Source of the DNA: Amoebidium appalachense
Lineage: Eukaryota; Protista; Ichthyosporea
Direction: 5' to 3'
DNA: 64,000 nucleotides
NCBI GenBank assembly: GCA_963693365.1
Contig: CAVNZM010000011.1
Coordinates: 3,515,098 to 3,579,097 of the forward strand
The notes beneath the pieces are model-generated. The model was not told the origin of the DNA. It was given only the letters and a program-made list of their open reading frames with translations, and did no database searches. Each line of letters starts with the position of its first letter. Position 1 is the first letter of the stretch. The translations under genes were made by a program, and so were the position numbers. Positions 62,530 through 64,000 of the stretch are shown here, piece by piece.

Positions 62530-63908
62530 GGTGTGCGTGCACACGCTCGCCTGTGTGTGTGTGTGGGTGGATGGGTGGGGGGAGGGAGGGGGGGGGGGGG
62601 GGAAGGGGGGGGGGGGGGGGGATTTGCTATGTGAGCACGTGTAGTTAGGAACCCACCAGGTGACGCTCCCCCTCCCACCATACCCCTCCACACACACGTG
62701 AGGAATCATACCACATACACCGTACCCGAGGGCTCTCCACTCCTCTCCTTATTACAAAAGTATTGCACCTGCAAATAAGTAGACTCATTTAAAGACTGGT
62801 AGATATCCGTTGGATATACGAGCAATGTGCAAAACTGATATAATCGTCCAACTCAACAGGTGGTCTTCGATTCCAGGGGACCTCTGCAGCGGCCAATGGT
62901 GGCGGTTGGGGCAGAGAAATCCGTGAAATTTGGATATTTACCGGTAAATGGGCTGCCACAGGCACGTTGGTTTCCGTGTTTTGATCCTTCTTCACTGTAT
63001 TTAGTGCTGTTCCTATCGGCTCGGTTTTCGTATTTTGGTCCGATTTTCCCAGTTTTTGGGAGAGCCCAATGGATGAACCAGGTTATGGCGTGATCTAACT
63101 CAAGTTTTGTTGTTGCTGCCGTTTTTGCTTTTCGTTCAGTAGAGTTGTGGCCGAATACGTCATGTACAGACTTTCTGAACTTCAAGACCCCCCTGTGGAT
63201 GGGGGAGCACACCGTGTTAGTATTGATGTGGAGGGTAGGGTGGCTGGGTTGGTGGGGGCACGGGGGGGGGGGGGGGGGGGGGGGAGGAAGGGGGGTAATG
63301 ATGTTACTTATCCATGTGTGTTGCATAGTATGTCAGGTGTGTGCAAGTGTAATGGAGGAGGGATGGGGGGGGGGGGGGGGGGGGGGGAGGGGGGGGGGGG
63401 AGCCTCTGAGAGAGAAAGAAAAAGTGTGTGTGCTGCATATCCATCGGCGGGGTGGTGATGGAGGGTCAGGTGGATGGGTGGGTGGAGGGGGGATGGGGGG
63501 AGGTGGGGGTTGCATGATAAGAGGTGTATTTGAGCACACAGGGCCACAAGAGCTTTTGGGTGATTGTGGTTGCTCTATTGGGCACGGATGTATGCACACA
63601 TGAGCACATTATGTGGAAGGATTGGAAAGGGTGTGTGTGTGGGGGGAGGGGGGGGAGGCAGGGGGGAGCGAGAGGCCCTGGGGGAAAGGCTGCTGGGGGG
63701 GAGGACAGTGAAAGGTTGGGATCCTGAGGGTAGGGGGAGGGAGGGAGGGGGGGGGGGGGGGGGGGGGGAGAATCCCCCTGTTTCAGACCCCCAATAAAAC
63801 ACACGATTACCCCCCCCCCCCCCCCCCCCCCTTTATCCCCCCCCCCCCCCCACACCCACACACACAAACACACGCATGCGCGCATGCACGCACACAGGCG
63901 CGCGCGCA

Positions 63909-63988
<80 letters not shown>

Positions 63989-64000
63989 ACACGCTGACAC

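Noticed and set aside
60508-63330. Possible exons of a minus-strand gene among G-rich tracts (e.g. 62853-63192)
   Set aside because: Strand bias suggests a gene, but I could not assemble a consistent spliced ORF or recognise a domain.

Overview
Eukaryotic nuclear DNA from an intron-rich, microsatellite- and poly(C/G)-rich genome. It is probably a non-animal lineage because it encodes prephenate dehydratase; a unicellular holozoan is a guess, not shown. Host genes: an SLC35A-type nucleotide-sugar transporter, a secreted trypsin-like protease, prephenate dehydratase, a PAN/apple-domain protein, a UBX protein (plus a decayed partial copy), a JmjC/cupin oxygenase and a six-finger C2H2 protein. 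The main oddity is an ~11.3 kb cargo-carrying element (31248-42596) with ~0.6 kb terminal inverted repeats (TIRs) and no visible transposase. It carries compact genes (CCCH-type finger, MYND-finger paralogs built on an unrecognised repeated domain, coiled-coil proteins) and a perfect 92-bp tandem array. One end is capped, through a TA dinucleotide, by a GC-rich palindrome. A diverged relative in the opposite orientation ends at ~4767 with the same junction and a perfect 361-bp palindrome. Also present: a solo LTR that forms a precise GT-AG intron, a probable P-element excision footprint and a Tc1/mariner-type MITE. All calls were made by eye, with no database searches.
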